DNA of 64,000 nucleotides from an uncultured Gammaproteobacteria bacterium (GTDB lineage: Bacteria; Patescibacteriota; Patescibacteriia; Patescibacteriales; UBA12465), in NCBI GenBank assembly GCA_964355275.1, contig CAYHCB010000001.1, forward strand, positions 1,532 to 65,531, written 5' to 3'. The notes under the pieces are model-generated. The model was given only the letters and a program-made list of their open reading frames with translations, was not told the DNA's origin and ran no database searches. Below are positions 54,858 through 63,461 of the stretch, piece after piece. Made by a program: the position numbers and the translations under genes. Within the stretch, counting starts at the first letter, position 1. Every line of letters starts with the position of its first letter.

Positions 54858-55382
54858 ATGCCTAAAAGTAAAATCCAAAAAGGAGAAATTATGCGTAACC
54901 TAACGGAACGGATTAAAAAATCCAAATCCATTGTGTTTACTGGTTTCAATGCTTTAGGAGTAAAGGACAATGAGGCTTTGCGTGCTAAATTGCGCGAAGA
55001 ACATGGTGAATACTATGTTGCTAAAAAGACTTTATTAGAACGTGCTCTTAAGGAACAGGGAATCGAGAACTTAGACACTAAATCACTTGTCGGTAAGTTG
55101 GCGGTAATCTTTTCTTATGAAGATGAGGTTTCACCAGCTAAAGCGATAGACGCTTTCCGTAAAGACAAAGAAGAAAAAATCTTTTTCTTAGGTGGTATTT
55201 TAGAAGGTAAATTACTTTCTAAAGAAGAAGTTCAAGCTTTAGCCAAGTTACCAAGCAAACATGAATTATATGCTAGGTTAGTTGGCACCCTAAACGCGCC
55301 AGTTTCCGGCTTTGTAAATGTTTTAGCTGGTAATTTACGTGGTCTAGTGACAGTGTTAAAAGCGATACAAGAAAAAAAATAA
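54858..55382 (+). CDS. rplJ: 50S ribosomal protein L10
   Basis: 174 aa. The N-terminus MPKSKIQKGEIMRNLTERIKKSKSIVFTGFNAL aligns with typical L10 N-termini. rplL follows. Confidence 0.9.
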   Translation: MPKSKIQKGEIMRNLTERIKKSKSIVFTGFNALGVKDNEALRAKLREEHGEYYVAKKTLLERALKEQGIENLDTKSLVGKLAVIFSYEDEVSPAKAIDAFRKDKEEKIFFLGGILEGKLLSKEEVQALAKLPSKHELYARLVGTLNAPVSGFVNVLAGNLRGLVTVLKAIQEKK

Positions 55383-55406
55383 TTAATAAAATTTAATTTT
55401 AAAACT

Positions 55407-55802
55407 ATGGAAGATCAAAAAGACGTTGTAGTTCCTGAAAAATTTCAGGATTTAGTTGGTAAAATAGAAAAAATGAGTGTTTTAGACTTAGCAGAACTTG
55501 TTAAGATTTTAGAAGAAAAATTTGGTGTTTCTGCTGCTGCTCCAGCTATGATGATGGCTGCTGCTCCAGCTGCTGCTGAAGCTGAAGTAAAAGACAGCTT
55601 TGATGTAGAATTAACTGATGGCGGCGCCTCTAAAATTGCTGTTATTAAGGTCGTTCGCTCAATTACTGAGTTAGGTCTTAAAGAAGCTAAAGATTTAGTA
55701 GATGGTGCTCCAAAAGTTGTAAGAGAAGGTTTAAAGAAGGAAGAAGCAGAAACTATTAAGAAGGCTTTAGAAGAAGCTGGTGCTAAAGTAACTTTGAAAT
55801 AA
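55407..55802 (+). CDS. rplL: 50S ribosomal protein L7/L12
   Basis: 131 aa. It has an Ala-rich hinge ([18 protein letters not shown]) and the C-terminal domain [30 protein letters not shown] ... [10 protein letters not shown]. Confidence 0.95.
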   Translation: MEDQKDVVVPEKFQDLVGKIEKMSVLDLAELVKILEEKFGVSAAAPAMMMAAAPAAAEAEVKDSFDVELTDGGASKIAVIKVVRSITELGLKEAKDLVDGAPKVVREGLKKEEAETIKKALEEAGAKVTLK

Positions 55803-55830
55803 GCGAAATAGAAAGCTGATTCACATATAA

Positions 55831-55856
55831 AAACACGGCTACTAGCCGTGTTTTTT
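55831..55856 (+). terminator. rho-independent terminator of rplJL
   Basis: Stem cacggct (55834-55840) / agccgtg (55844-55850) followed by a T6 run. Confidence 0.8.
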
Positions 55857-55880
55857 GTTGTCCTTATTATTAATAATATC

Positions 55881-58196
55881 TTATAAACCAAATTTATAAA
55901 CGATATTGCCAGCTAAAATATAAGCTGATTTACCGGCCTCATCAATAGCAAAATCCTTTATACCATCTTTTACTAAACGAAATTGTTTTACTAGCACACC
56001 ATCTTTAACTGGCTTACTAGAAACTTTTTCATTCTTTAAAATAATTAAGCGACTATTTTTTAAATCTAATAAATAAATATTAGCAGTAGTTAAAATAACT
56101 TTATCAGCAGAAATAGCCGGGATAACAGCGCTTGTTTTATATTCAATTTTTTCTTTATTATAAAATTTTAATAAATCATCACCGTTTTGACTAATTGCTA
56201 AAGCACCATCAATTTTAAAATCGGTAGCTTTTGATAAATCAACCGGTGCCTTGAACCAATTACTGCGACTAGTCAAATTTTTATTATATTTATAAATCTG
56301 ATTATCCGCTTTACTAAGTAAATAAATCGTGCCAGCGTAGAACTGAATAAAATTATCGCCCTGAAGTTTATCGCCACCAATATTTAAAGTGCTTAAATTT
56401 TGTCCACTAACCTTAATAATTTTTTGACCCGCTAAATAATAAATATCTGAGTCACTTATTGCTGGGGAGGTAAGGGTAGTTGATTCAGTTAAAGATATCT
56501 GCTTACTGCTTGAATCTTTTAAATTAAAATTATAAATAGACTTATTTAAACCATCACTAATATAAAGACTGTTACCTAAAAAAACTAAATTATCGGCTCC
56601 AGCTTGGGGATTAAAGATATTAGTATTTATAATTTCTTGAAAATTACTAACATTAACAACTTTTTGGATTTTATCATTTTGCTCAGATAATTTAATCAGT
56701 AAATTTGCTTTTTGGATTTCTTGATCTTCATTTTGCGGCAAGGTACTTTGAAGAGAATTTATTAATTCATTTAAAGTGCCCGAAGCATCAGTTTCATTAC
56801 CCACGGCTAAATACAAATCCACGTCAGCTTGTTTATTGTTAATATTACTAGCAACTTGATTAAATTGCTCTGTAGCTAAGCGTGAATTTTTTCCTGAGGC
56901 TGTAAAAATAAGAGAAGTCACTAAAATTAAAAAACAAAGAGACAAGGAACCAACTAAAATTTTATCTTTTTTACCTAGGCTTTTTATCCACTTAATAGTT
57001 CCTTGATATGAACCAACCCAAAAACTAGGGGTTAAAATTATGCCCAATGTTTTTAAAATATTCCAAATTTTTGGTAAAAATGAATAACTCTTCTTACCAA
57101 AAATCATTTTATCTTTAATAATAAAAGATTCTCGATTAAGGGGATTAAGCTGGCGATCTTCTTTCGCCGGCGCCCGAGTAATTATAGTCTCATCATTATC
57201 ATCATGGAATTTAACAATTTTTTTATTTTCTGGAATTTCAACTTTAAATTTATTTAAAAAACTACTAACACTTTTTGTAATTTTTTTGATATTTATAATA
57301 CCAGCTGGAGCCAACATGCTTTCAGTCTTTTGCTCTGTATAATTAAGATGAGAAATTGAACTATGGGCATTACGAGTTGAAACACCTCTTGCTGGACCAG
57401 CACCTGCCACTTGGCCAGCCGTTTCACTTTCTTCTCGAAGATCATTTAATCCAGAACCCAAAGTACTTTTTACTATTATTCCCAAAAATGGTGCAAAAGA
57501 ATTTATTTTTTGAAGAAAATTCTTTATTTGTTCCGCCGCTACCATTGGTGGTAACTTAGTAATAATATTTATTAACTCGCGATTAGAGACATATTCTGGT
57601 AAAGCCTCATTGGTAAATAAAAAATAGGAATGAGCTGGTATTTCACCATTTATAACAGCAGAAAATATTTTACTACCAGCAATATTATAAACAGTAGAAA
57701 CTTCGCTACCTGTGGCCTCTGAGTCCTCTATAACATTTGATTCTATATTTAAAATCTCATAATCACCTTTGCGTCTAAATATTAAAAAAGCTTTATTTTT
57801 TCCATAGTTAGAAAAATAAATCTTATTTTCATAAATCACTCCTAAAGTTAAATTGGTATTACTAGGACTAATTTTTAAATGCTCTTCTTGTAAAAACTCA
57901 GCAAACCCTTGATTTACTTTAGCTAAAACAGTTTCAAAAATATTTTCGATTTTCAACCCTTCAATTTTGTCACGAAGTAATATTTTTTCGTCACCATAAT
58001 AGTTATAATCAAAAATATTAACCAAAAAATTAATAATTTTCTGGGTTTCATTTTTTTTACCATCCATTTCAGCTAGTACAAAAATTTTACCAGCCAAGCG
58101 CTCTTTGTTAGAGTCAGGTTGTGACACGAAAACTTCACCGGCATAGTTATGATTTTTACCGGAATTTAAGATTATAGAGGCTATTTTATTATACAT
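55881..58196 (-). CDS. large hypothetical single-pass membrane protein
   Basis: 771 aa. There is one TM helix (ILVGSLSLCFLILVTSLIFTA, about residues 405-425). The N-terminal 240 aa loosely resemble a degenerate PP2C/SpoIIE-like fold (GKIFVLAEMDG ..., weak). The C-terminal 300 aa show repeated beta-strand-rich I/YxL motifs suggesting a propeller. Confidence 0.6.
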   Translation of the reverse strand: MYNKIASIILNSGKNHNYAGEVFVSQPDSNKERLAGKIFVLAEMDGKKNETQKIINFLVNIFDYNYYGDEKILLRDKIEGLKIENIFETVLAKVNQGFAEFLQEEHLKISPSNTNLTLGVIYENKIYFSNYGKNKAFLIFRRKGDYEILNIESNVIEDSEATGSEVSTVYNIAGSKIFSAVINGEIPAHSYFLFTNEALPEYVSNRELINIITKLPPMVAAEQIKNFLQKINSFAPFLGIIVKSTLGSGLNDLREESETAGQVAGAGPARGVSTRNAHSSISHLNYTEQKTESMLAPAGIINIKKITKSVSSFLNKFKVEIPENKKIVKFHDDNDETIITRAPAKEDRQLNPLNRESFIIKDKMIFGKKSYSFLPKIWNILKTLGIILTPSFWVGSYQGTIKWIKSLGKKDKILVGSLSLCFLILVTSLIFTASGKNSRLATEQFNQVASNINNKQADVDLYLAVGNETDASGTLNELINSLQSTLPQNEDQEIQKANLLIKLSEQNDKIQKVVNVSNFQEIINTNIFNPQAGADNLVFLGNSLYISDGLNKSIYNFNLKDSSSKQISLTESTTLTSPAISDSDIYYLAGQKIIKVSGQNLSTLNIGGDKLQGDNFIQFYAGTIYLLSKADNQIYKYNKNLTSRSNWFKAPVDLSKATDFKIDGALAISQNGDDLLKFYNKEKIEYKTSAVIPAISADKVILTTANIYLLDLKNSRLIILKNEKVSSKPVKDGVLVKQFRLVKDGIKDFAIDEAGKSAYILAGNIVYKFGL

Positions 58197-58296
58197 ACAT
58201 TAAAAAAAATTAAGCTTAAATTCCTAATTTTTTGATCTTTTTTGTTTGACTAATTGCTTTTTATATTATACTATAAAGTAATAAATAGATAAAGCT

Positions 58297-58875
58297 ATGC
58301 TAAATCAACTCTTTGGTTCGGAAGCTCGAGTCAAAATTTTGAATATATTTTTAACTAAACCAGAAAGCGGTTATTACTTAAGAGGATTAGCCAGAAGTTT
58401 AGATTTACAAGTTAATTCAGTTAGACGTGAATTACTAAATTTAGAAAATTTAGGACTAATTTCTCCCATTCCTGGTGAAATTAAAAGTAAAGAAAAAAAA
58501 TATTATATAGTTAATCGTGACTTTCTTCTTTTTGATGAGATAAAGTCGCTTTTTGTAAAAGCTCAAATATTAAGCACTAAAGAATTTGCCGAAAATGTTC
58601 AAAAAACTTGTACACCTAAACTTTTAATTCTATCGGGTTTTTTTACTGGTGATAGTGAAGCTAAAACCGACCTTCTGATTGTCGGCCGAATTAATAAAGA
58701 TAAATTTGTTAAATTAATAAAAGAATTAGAAGAATCAATCGGCCGAGAAATTAACTACACTATAATGGATGAGAGAGAATTTTTTTACCGAAGAGATATT
58801 TTTGATGTTTTTTTACATCGAATAATGGAAGGAAGAAAATTAATAATAACAGATAATTTATCTCCCCAAAAATAA
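58297..58875 (+). CDS. winged-helix (ArsR-like) transcriptional regulator with a C-terminal extra domain
   Basis: 192 aa. LFGSEARVKILNIFLTKPESGYYLRGLARSLDLQVNSVRRELLNLENLGLI is a typical wHTH. Its stop lies 2 nt before the next gene. Confidence 0.65.
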   Translation: MLNQLFGSEARVKILNIFLTKPESGYYLRGLARSLDLQVNSVRRELLNLENLGLISPIPGEIKSKEKKYYIVNRDFLLFDEIKSLFVKAQILSTKEFAENVQKTCTPKLLILSGFFTGDSEAKTDLLIVGRINKDKFVKLIKELEESIGREINYTIMDEREFFYRRDIFDVFLHRIMEGRKLIITDNLSPQK

Positions 58876-58877
58876 TT

Positions 58878-60728
58878 ATGTTAAAACCACCCATAAAAAT
58901 AGCCTTAAAAACACTAAAATATTTAGTTATCACCGTAATTGGTGTTATTATTTTAACCTTATTACTGCTTAGCAATAAAGTAACGGCTTCAAAAAACTAT
59001 TATGACCAAATGACGGCCGGGAAATATAATTTAGAGCAATCTATCTCATCCATTAAAACGCAAAAATATTTAGCAGCAGGGCAACAAGCCACTTTAGCAG
59101 CTGATCAGTTTAATTCAGCTTTAAAAACTCTTTCCGATATAAGACAGAATAAAATTACCTCCTATTTTACACCTATATCATCATCTATTACCGATTTAGA
59201 ATATTTAACACAAACCGCCGAGGTTTTAAGTAAATCAATTGCTCGTTCCAGCGAAGTTCTTACTAAATTAGACAAAGTAAGCGGTGGTCGCTTTACTGGT
59301 TCATTTTCCGATTTATCGGAAACAGACAGACAACAAATACTCCTAACCGTTTATCAGTCGGCTCCCGAATTAAACGGACTAAAAGCTAATTTAGAATTGT
59401 CGATTGATAATTTAAATAAAATTCATCAAATTGGAATTTTAATGCCAATTAATTCTCAATTAGCTGATATTAAAAATCAGTTATCTGTAGCAACTAATCT
59501 CTTAAATCAACTTGTCCCTCTTACTCAACTTTTACCATCTTTATCTGGTTATCCACAAGAAAGCCAATTTTTAGTTATTCTACAAAATAATGACGAACTT
59601 CGTCCTACTGGAGGATTTATTGGTACTTATGGTTTAATGAGCGTTAAAGACGGAAAAGCGGGCAGCATTATTACAGAAGATGTTTATCATCTAGACATGC
59701 CTTGTATTGGTAAATTAAAAGTAACTCCACCGGAACCAATAAAAAAATACATGAAGGTTGAATATTGGTGGTTACGTGACGCTAACTTTTCACCAGATTT
59801 TCCTACCTCAGCGAAACAAATAGAAACCATGTTTATGACTGAGAGTGAATGCGCCGGAAAACCAGTTACAAAACCAACCGCTATTATCGCTATTAATCCA
59901 GATTTAATTGCCGATTTACTAGGACTTGTGGGCCCTATTATAGTTGATGGAGTGACTTATGATAGCAGTAATTTTCAACCACTACTACAATATAATGTAG
60001 AAATTGCCTATGTAGATAAAAATATTAGCTCCTGGAATAGAAAAGAAATTATTAATTCCGTAGTTTCGGAACTTGAGAAACGCTTAATGTCACTACCTAC
60101 TAAACGCTTACCAGAAATTCTAAATATCCTACAAGAGAACATCGCTAAACGTAATTTACAAATTTATTTTGATAACAGTGAACAAGAGAGTATCGCCTCA
60201 GGGCTCAATTTAACTGGAGAATTAAAAAATACTACTGGCGACTATTTAATGGTTGTTGATACTAATTTAGCCGCCTTTAAAAGTGATGCTGTGATGAAAA
60301 AAAATATTGTTTATAAGTTAAGCAAGGATAGCAAGCAAAACTTAATTACTGCCGATATCTCGCTAAACTATAAGCACGAAGGAGGATTTGATTGGCGAAC
60401 TACCAGGTATCGCAGTTATACTAGAATTTATGCGCCCTTAGGTAGTAAATTAATAAATAATGGTGGATTAGAAGATTTTTCAAGCACCGACGACTTATTG
60501 TTAAATAAAACCGTTTTTGGTTTTTTCTGGACAATAGAGCCGGGACAAGAAAAAACGACTACGTTTTCCTATTTTTTGCCAGAAAATATTAGCACAAATA
60601 ATTATAATTTATATTTTCAAAAACAATCCGGTAGTCGTCTTAATGAATTTAAATTAATAAATTCTTTTATACCCGACGGAGCAGGTAATTGGAGCGGAAC
60701 ATTAGATAGAGATAAAATCTTTAGATAA
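58878..60728 (+). CDS. DUF4012 domain-containing membrane-anchored protein
   Basis: 616 aa with an N-terminal TM helix. It has the hallmark block FLVILQNNDELRPTGGFIGTYG. Confidence 0.8.
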   Translation: MLKPPIKIALKTLKYLVITVIGVIILTLLLLSNKVTASKNYYDQMTAGKYNLEQSISSIKTQKYLAAGQQATLAADQFNSALKTLSDIRQNKITSYFTPISSSITDLEYLTQTAEVLSKSIARSSEVLTKLDKVSGGRFTGSFSDLSETDRQQILLTVYQSAPELNGLKANLELSIDNLNKIHQIGILMPINSQLADIKNQLSVATNLLNQLVPLTQLLPSLSGYPQESQFLVILQNNDELRPTGGFIGTYGLMSVKDGKAGSIITEDVYHLDMPCIGKLKVTPPEPIKKYMKVEYWWLRDANFSPDFPTSAKQIETMFMTESECAGKPVTKPTAIIAINPDLIADLLGLVGPIIVDGVTYDSSNFQPLLQYNVEIAYVDKNISSWNRKEIINSVVSELEKRLMSLPTKRLPEILNILQENIAKRNLQIYFDNSEQESIASGLNLTGELKNTTGDYLMVVDTNLAAFKSDAVMKKNIVYKLSKDSKQNLITADISLNYKHEGGFDWRTTRYRSYTRIYAPLGSKLINNGGLEDFSSTDDLLLNKTVFGFFWTIEPGQEKTTTFSYFLPENISTNNYNLYFQKQSGSRLNEFKLINSFIPDGAGNWSGTLDRDKIFR

Positions 60729-60730
60729 AC

Positions 60731-60760
60731 AAAAACCCCGCTAAGTAAGCGGGGGTTTTT
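60731..60760. terminator. bidirectional terminator between convergent genes
   Basis: Stem ccccgc (60736-60741) / gcgggg (60749-60754), with A5 upstream and T5 downstream. Confidence 0.75.
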
Positions 60761-60777
60761 ATATCTTTTTAAACTAT

Positions 60778-62094
60778 TTATTTTATTTTAACAACAGTAA
60801 AACTAATACTATAAGTTAAACGAGACGTTAAACCATCAACTTTAGCGTCGATAGTTGAACCGTTAGCATCGGGAACAACAATGGCCTGACTAAACCGTCC
60901 ATTACGATCAGCTTTTAACTTAGTAATTGAACCACCAAAGTTAATTAATAAATCTTCGTTTGGAAAATAACCAGCTCCTGATAAAACAACAGCAGCACCG
61001 GGATTAGCTAAATAATGATCAAAGGCTAAAACTAAGGCTTCTTTTGATTCCATTAAATCAGAAATTTCAGAAGCTTGAACTGAAGCAATTTTTTTAAGCG
61101 AAGAATTTAAAACAGCAATTCCGCCACCATTAAAAACGACTAAATGATCACTATTATTTATATTCACATACTTAATATCGATAGCATAACCATTGGTATT
61201 TAATTTACTAGCTGAAATTTTTAAACCTTCCTTTAAATCTTCTCGTGAAAGTTTCATAATACTATCCCCATTGCTAGCGTAAATATAATTATAGTTTCCT
61301 GATGGTTCAACGCTATAGCCGTTGTTTGAACTATTTGGATAACTAACAATTAATCTACCGGATAAATCAAAACGTTTTAGAAAATAATCATCAAAAACAT
61401 AAATATCTTTACTTACTGGATCGATATAAGATTTTCTTAAACTTTGTCCCTCGCGATAATTAACCGGGAAGGTTGATAATACTGCTCTATTTTTTACATC
61501 AAATACTCTAACCTGATTATCTTTATTAATGGAAGTAATATAACGACCAGAGGCATCAAATCTAACTGAACCAGATAAATCATTTTCAATTTTAAAAGAA
61601 TCAATTACATCTAAAGTATTTCGATCTATTTTCCAAAGTTTTACACTTTTATCAGAAATGGTTGCCATATAAGGACCAAATTTATCCACTCGTTTGTACC
61701 ATTCATAATAACTATTTTTTTGTTTAGAAAAAATAACAGGACGATCTAAATTAGTTAAATCATATTTATATAGAGTGTAAGCTGAAGTGGCATAAGCAAA
61801 CAAACGACCATCTTCGATATTTAACTTAACTGAAGAAAAGTCATCAGTTTTATCTAATGGTGAATTTGGTGCTTTAAATTTAGACACCCTGTCTAAAGAT
61901 GAACCATTTAATTTAAAAATTTCCAAGCTACCACTATCGGTGCTAGCAACAATTAAATTACCTTTATAATCAACCGCATCACCAGAGTAATAGGTTTTGT
62001 AATTAGTTCGACCAACGGATGTTATCGCTAAAACAGCTAACAAACAAACAAAGGCTACTCCAATAATTTTTTTCATATTTAAATATTTAATCAT
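60778..62094 (-). CDS. secreted/anchored hypothetical protein, beta-propeller-like
   Basis: 438 aa with an N-terminal signal/anchor (KKIIGVAFVCLLAVLAITSVG). It has repeated strand-rich segments of about 40-45 aa. No catalytic motif recognised. Confidence 0.6.
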   Translation of the reverse strand: MIKYLNMKKIIGVAFVCLLAVLAITSVGRTNYKTYYSGDAVDYKGNLIVASTDSGSLEIFKLNGSSLDRVSKFKAPNSPLDKTDDFSSVKLNIEDGRLFAYATSAYTLYKYDLTNLDRPVIFSKQKNSYYEWYKRVDKFGPYMATISDKSVKLWKIDRNTLDVIDSFKIENDLSGSVRFDASGRYITSINKDNQVRVFDVKNRAVLSTFPVNYREGQSLRKSYIDPVSKDIYVFDDYFLKRFDLSGRLIVSYPNSSNNGYSVEPSGNYNYIYASNGDSIMKLSREDLKEGLKISASKLNTNGYAIDIKYVNINNSDHLVVFNGGGIAVLNSSLKKIASVQASEISDLMESKEALVLAFDHYLANPGAAVVLSGAGYFPNEDLLINFGGSITKLKADRNGRFSQAIVVPDANGSTIDAKVDGLTSRLTYSISFTVVKIK

Positions 62095-62224
62095 ATGTTT
62101 TTATAATTAAGAAAAAATAATTAGTAAGTTTTAAATTTTAGATTACCTTACATTCTACACTTTTTATTTAATAATGTCAATATCTAAAGAATAATTCTTT
62201 TAACATCAGCCATTTTTATATTAT

Positions 62225-62253
62225 TGACAAAAATACAATTATTAGTTATAATT
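62225..62253 (+). promoter_or_regulatory. consensus sigma70 promoter for 62303-63412
   Basis: TTGACA (62225-62230), a 17-nt spacer, then TATAAT (62248-62253). Confidence 0.65.
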
Positions 62254-62302
62254 TAAAGTCACAATAAAAAGATCATTAACAATCAAAAAAACCATAAAAA
62301 TC

Positions 62303-63412
62303 ATGAAAGAGAAAGTAAAGTTACTTTTTGTTGCTTTTTTGGCAATATTTAGCCTGTCACTGAAATCACAGACAACGGCCGTTCATCATTATCTACCCAT
62401 TCTAAGCGAGGGGCAGGCCAGAAGTTATTTTGGCTATGACCAAATCATCGTAGATCATGAGGTAATAAACACCTCTGCCGATAATTTACGTTTAATGCGT
62501 CAAAATAACCCAAAGCTAGTCATTTTAGTCTACGTTAATAAGATTGAGTGGCACAGTCCAATGTTCAACGATAAGCCCTGGAGTCTTACGATGGTAGCGG
62601 AACTAGAAAAGTACCCTAAATGGTTTCTGCGAGACACTAAAGGACAAAAATTAGAATTTTGGCCTAACACAGTTCTGATGAATTGCGGCCTAGATTGCCC
62701 AAGATACACTATTAAAGGCAAAAGCTACAATTACATTGAGTACTTTAGTGAGCGCTACATAAAGGACATCATTGGTGCCTACAAGAAAGCTGGTATTAAG
62801 CTGAACGGTATACTCGACGATGAGCTGCTAAAATCAATTAGTTTCATAACCGCTTATGGTAAAAACAAAAATGGTATAGATGCTAATGGCGACAAAATAA
62901 ACGACAACCCCGAGAAATTAGATAAACAATGGCGCTTAGGGAATGCTTATTTTCTTAAGGAGGTCCAAAAATCTATGGGTAGCAGTTTTATTATCATCGG
63001 CAACGGTGACCATGGTTATTACATGGATTACTGCAAAGGGAAGATGTTTGAATACTTCCCGGAAATTTATTTAAATGAAAATGATGCCCGCAGTGAAGCC
63101 TGGCCCGAAAACATGCGTAATGCTTCCGGGATGGAAACAGCCATTTTTAATGCCCGCGCTAATGCTTATGGAAAAAAGGACAATTGGTTCTTTACTCTCT
63201 GCTCAGTTATGTTACTTGATAAAGTTATCTTTTCTCACGGGCAAAATTTACCCTACAATGAAAAATATAACCTTCAATTAGGAGCTCCGAAGGGAAAATT
63301 CTCCCAAGAAAAAGGTATTTTTTCAAGAAACTTTCAAAATGGAACCGTATATGTTAACCCGGAAACTAAAAAATCCTGGGTCAAATATAATAATGGTAAA
63401 GAGCTAAAATAA
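62303..63412 (+). CDS. secreted hypothetical protein, possibly a TIM-barrel glycoside-hydrolase-like protein (GHL/GH114-like)
   Basis: 369 aa with a signal peptide (KVKLLFVAFLAIFSLSLKSQT). Segments such as LVILVYVNKIEW, WFLRDTKGQKLEFWP and NGILDDE are reminiscent of hypothetical glycosyl-hydrolase-like TIM barrels. The call is weak. The gene looks more GC-rich than its neighbours. Confidence 0.35.
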   Translation: MKEKVKLLFVAFLAIFSLSLKSQTTAVHHYLPILSEGQARSYFGYDQIIVDHEVINTSADNLRLMRQNNPKLVILVYVNKIEWHSPMFNDKPWSLTMVAELEKYPKWFLRDTKGQKLEFWPNTVLMNCGLDCPRYTIKGKSYNYIEYFSERYIKDIIGAYKKAGIKLNGILDDELLKSISFITAYGKNKNGIDANGDKINDNPEKLDKQWRLGNAYFLKEVQKSMGSSFIIIGNGDHGYYMDYCKGKMFEYFPEIYLNENDARSEAWPENMRNASGMETAIFNARANAYGKKDNWFFTLCSVMLLDKVIFSHGQNLPYNEKYNLQLGAPKGKFSQEKGIFSRNFQNGTVYVNPETKKSWVKYNNGKELK

Positions 63413-63430
63413 AAAAACAAAAACAAAAAA

Positions 63431-63461
63431 AAGGGGATCGCTATAACAGTGACCCCCTTTT
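63431..63461. terminator. hairpin between convergent genes (possible terminator)
   Basis: Stem aagggg (63431-63436) / cccctt (63454-63459), extended with a bulge by tcgc/gtga, followed by a short T-run. It overlaps the stop of the minus-strand gene. Confidence 0.4.

Noticed and set aside
55445-55891. 148-aa minus-strand ORF covering rplL
   Set aside because: It is a mirror-image artefact of the Ala/Lys/Glu-rich rplL coding sequence (GCT/GCA codons read as AGC/TGC). rplL itself is unambiguous.
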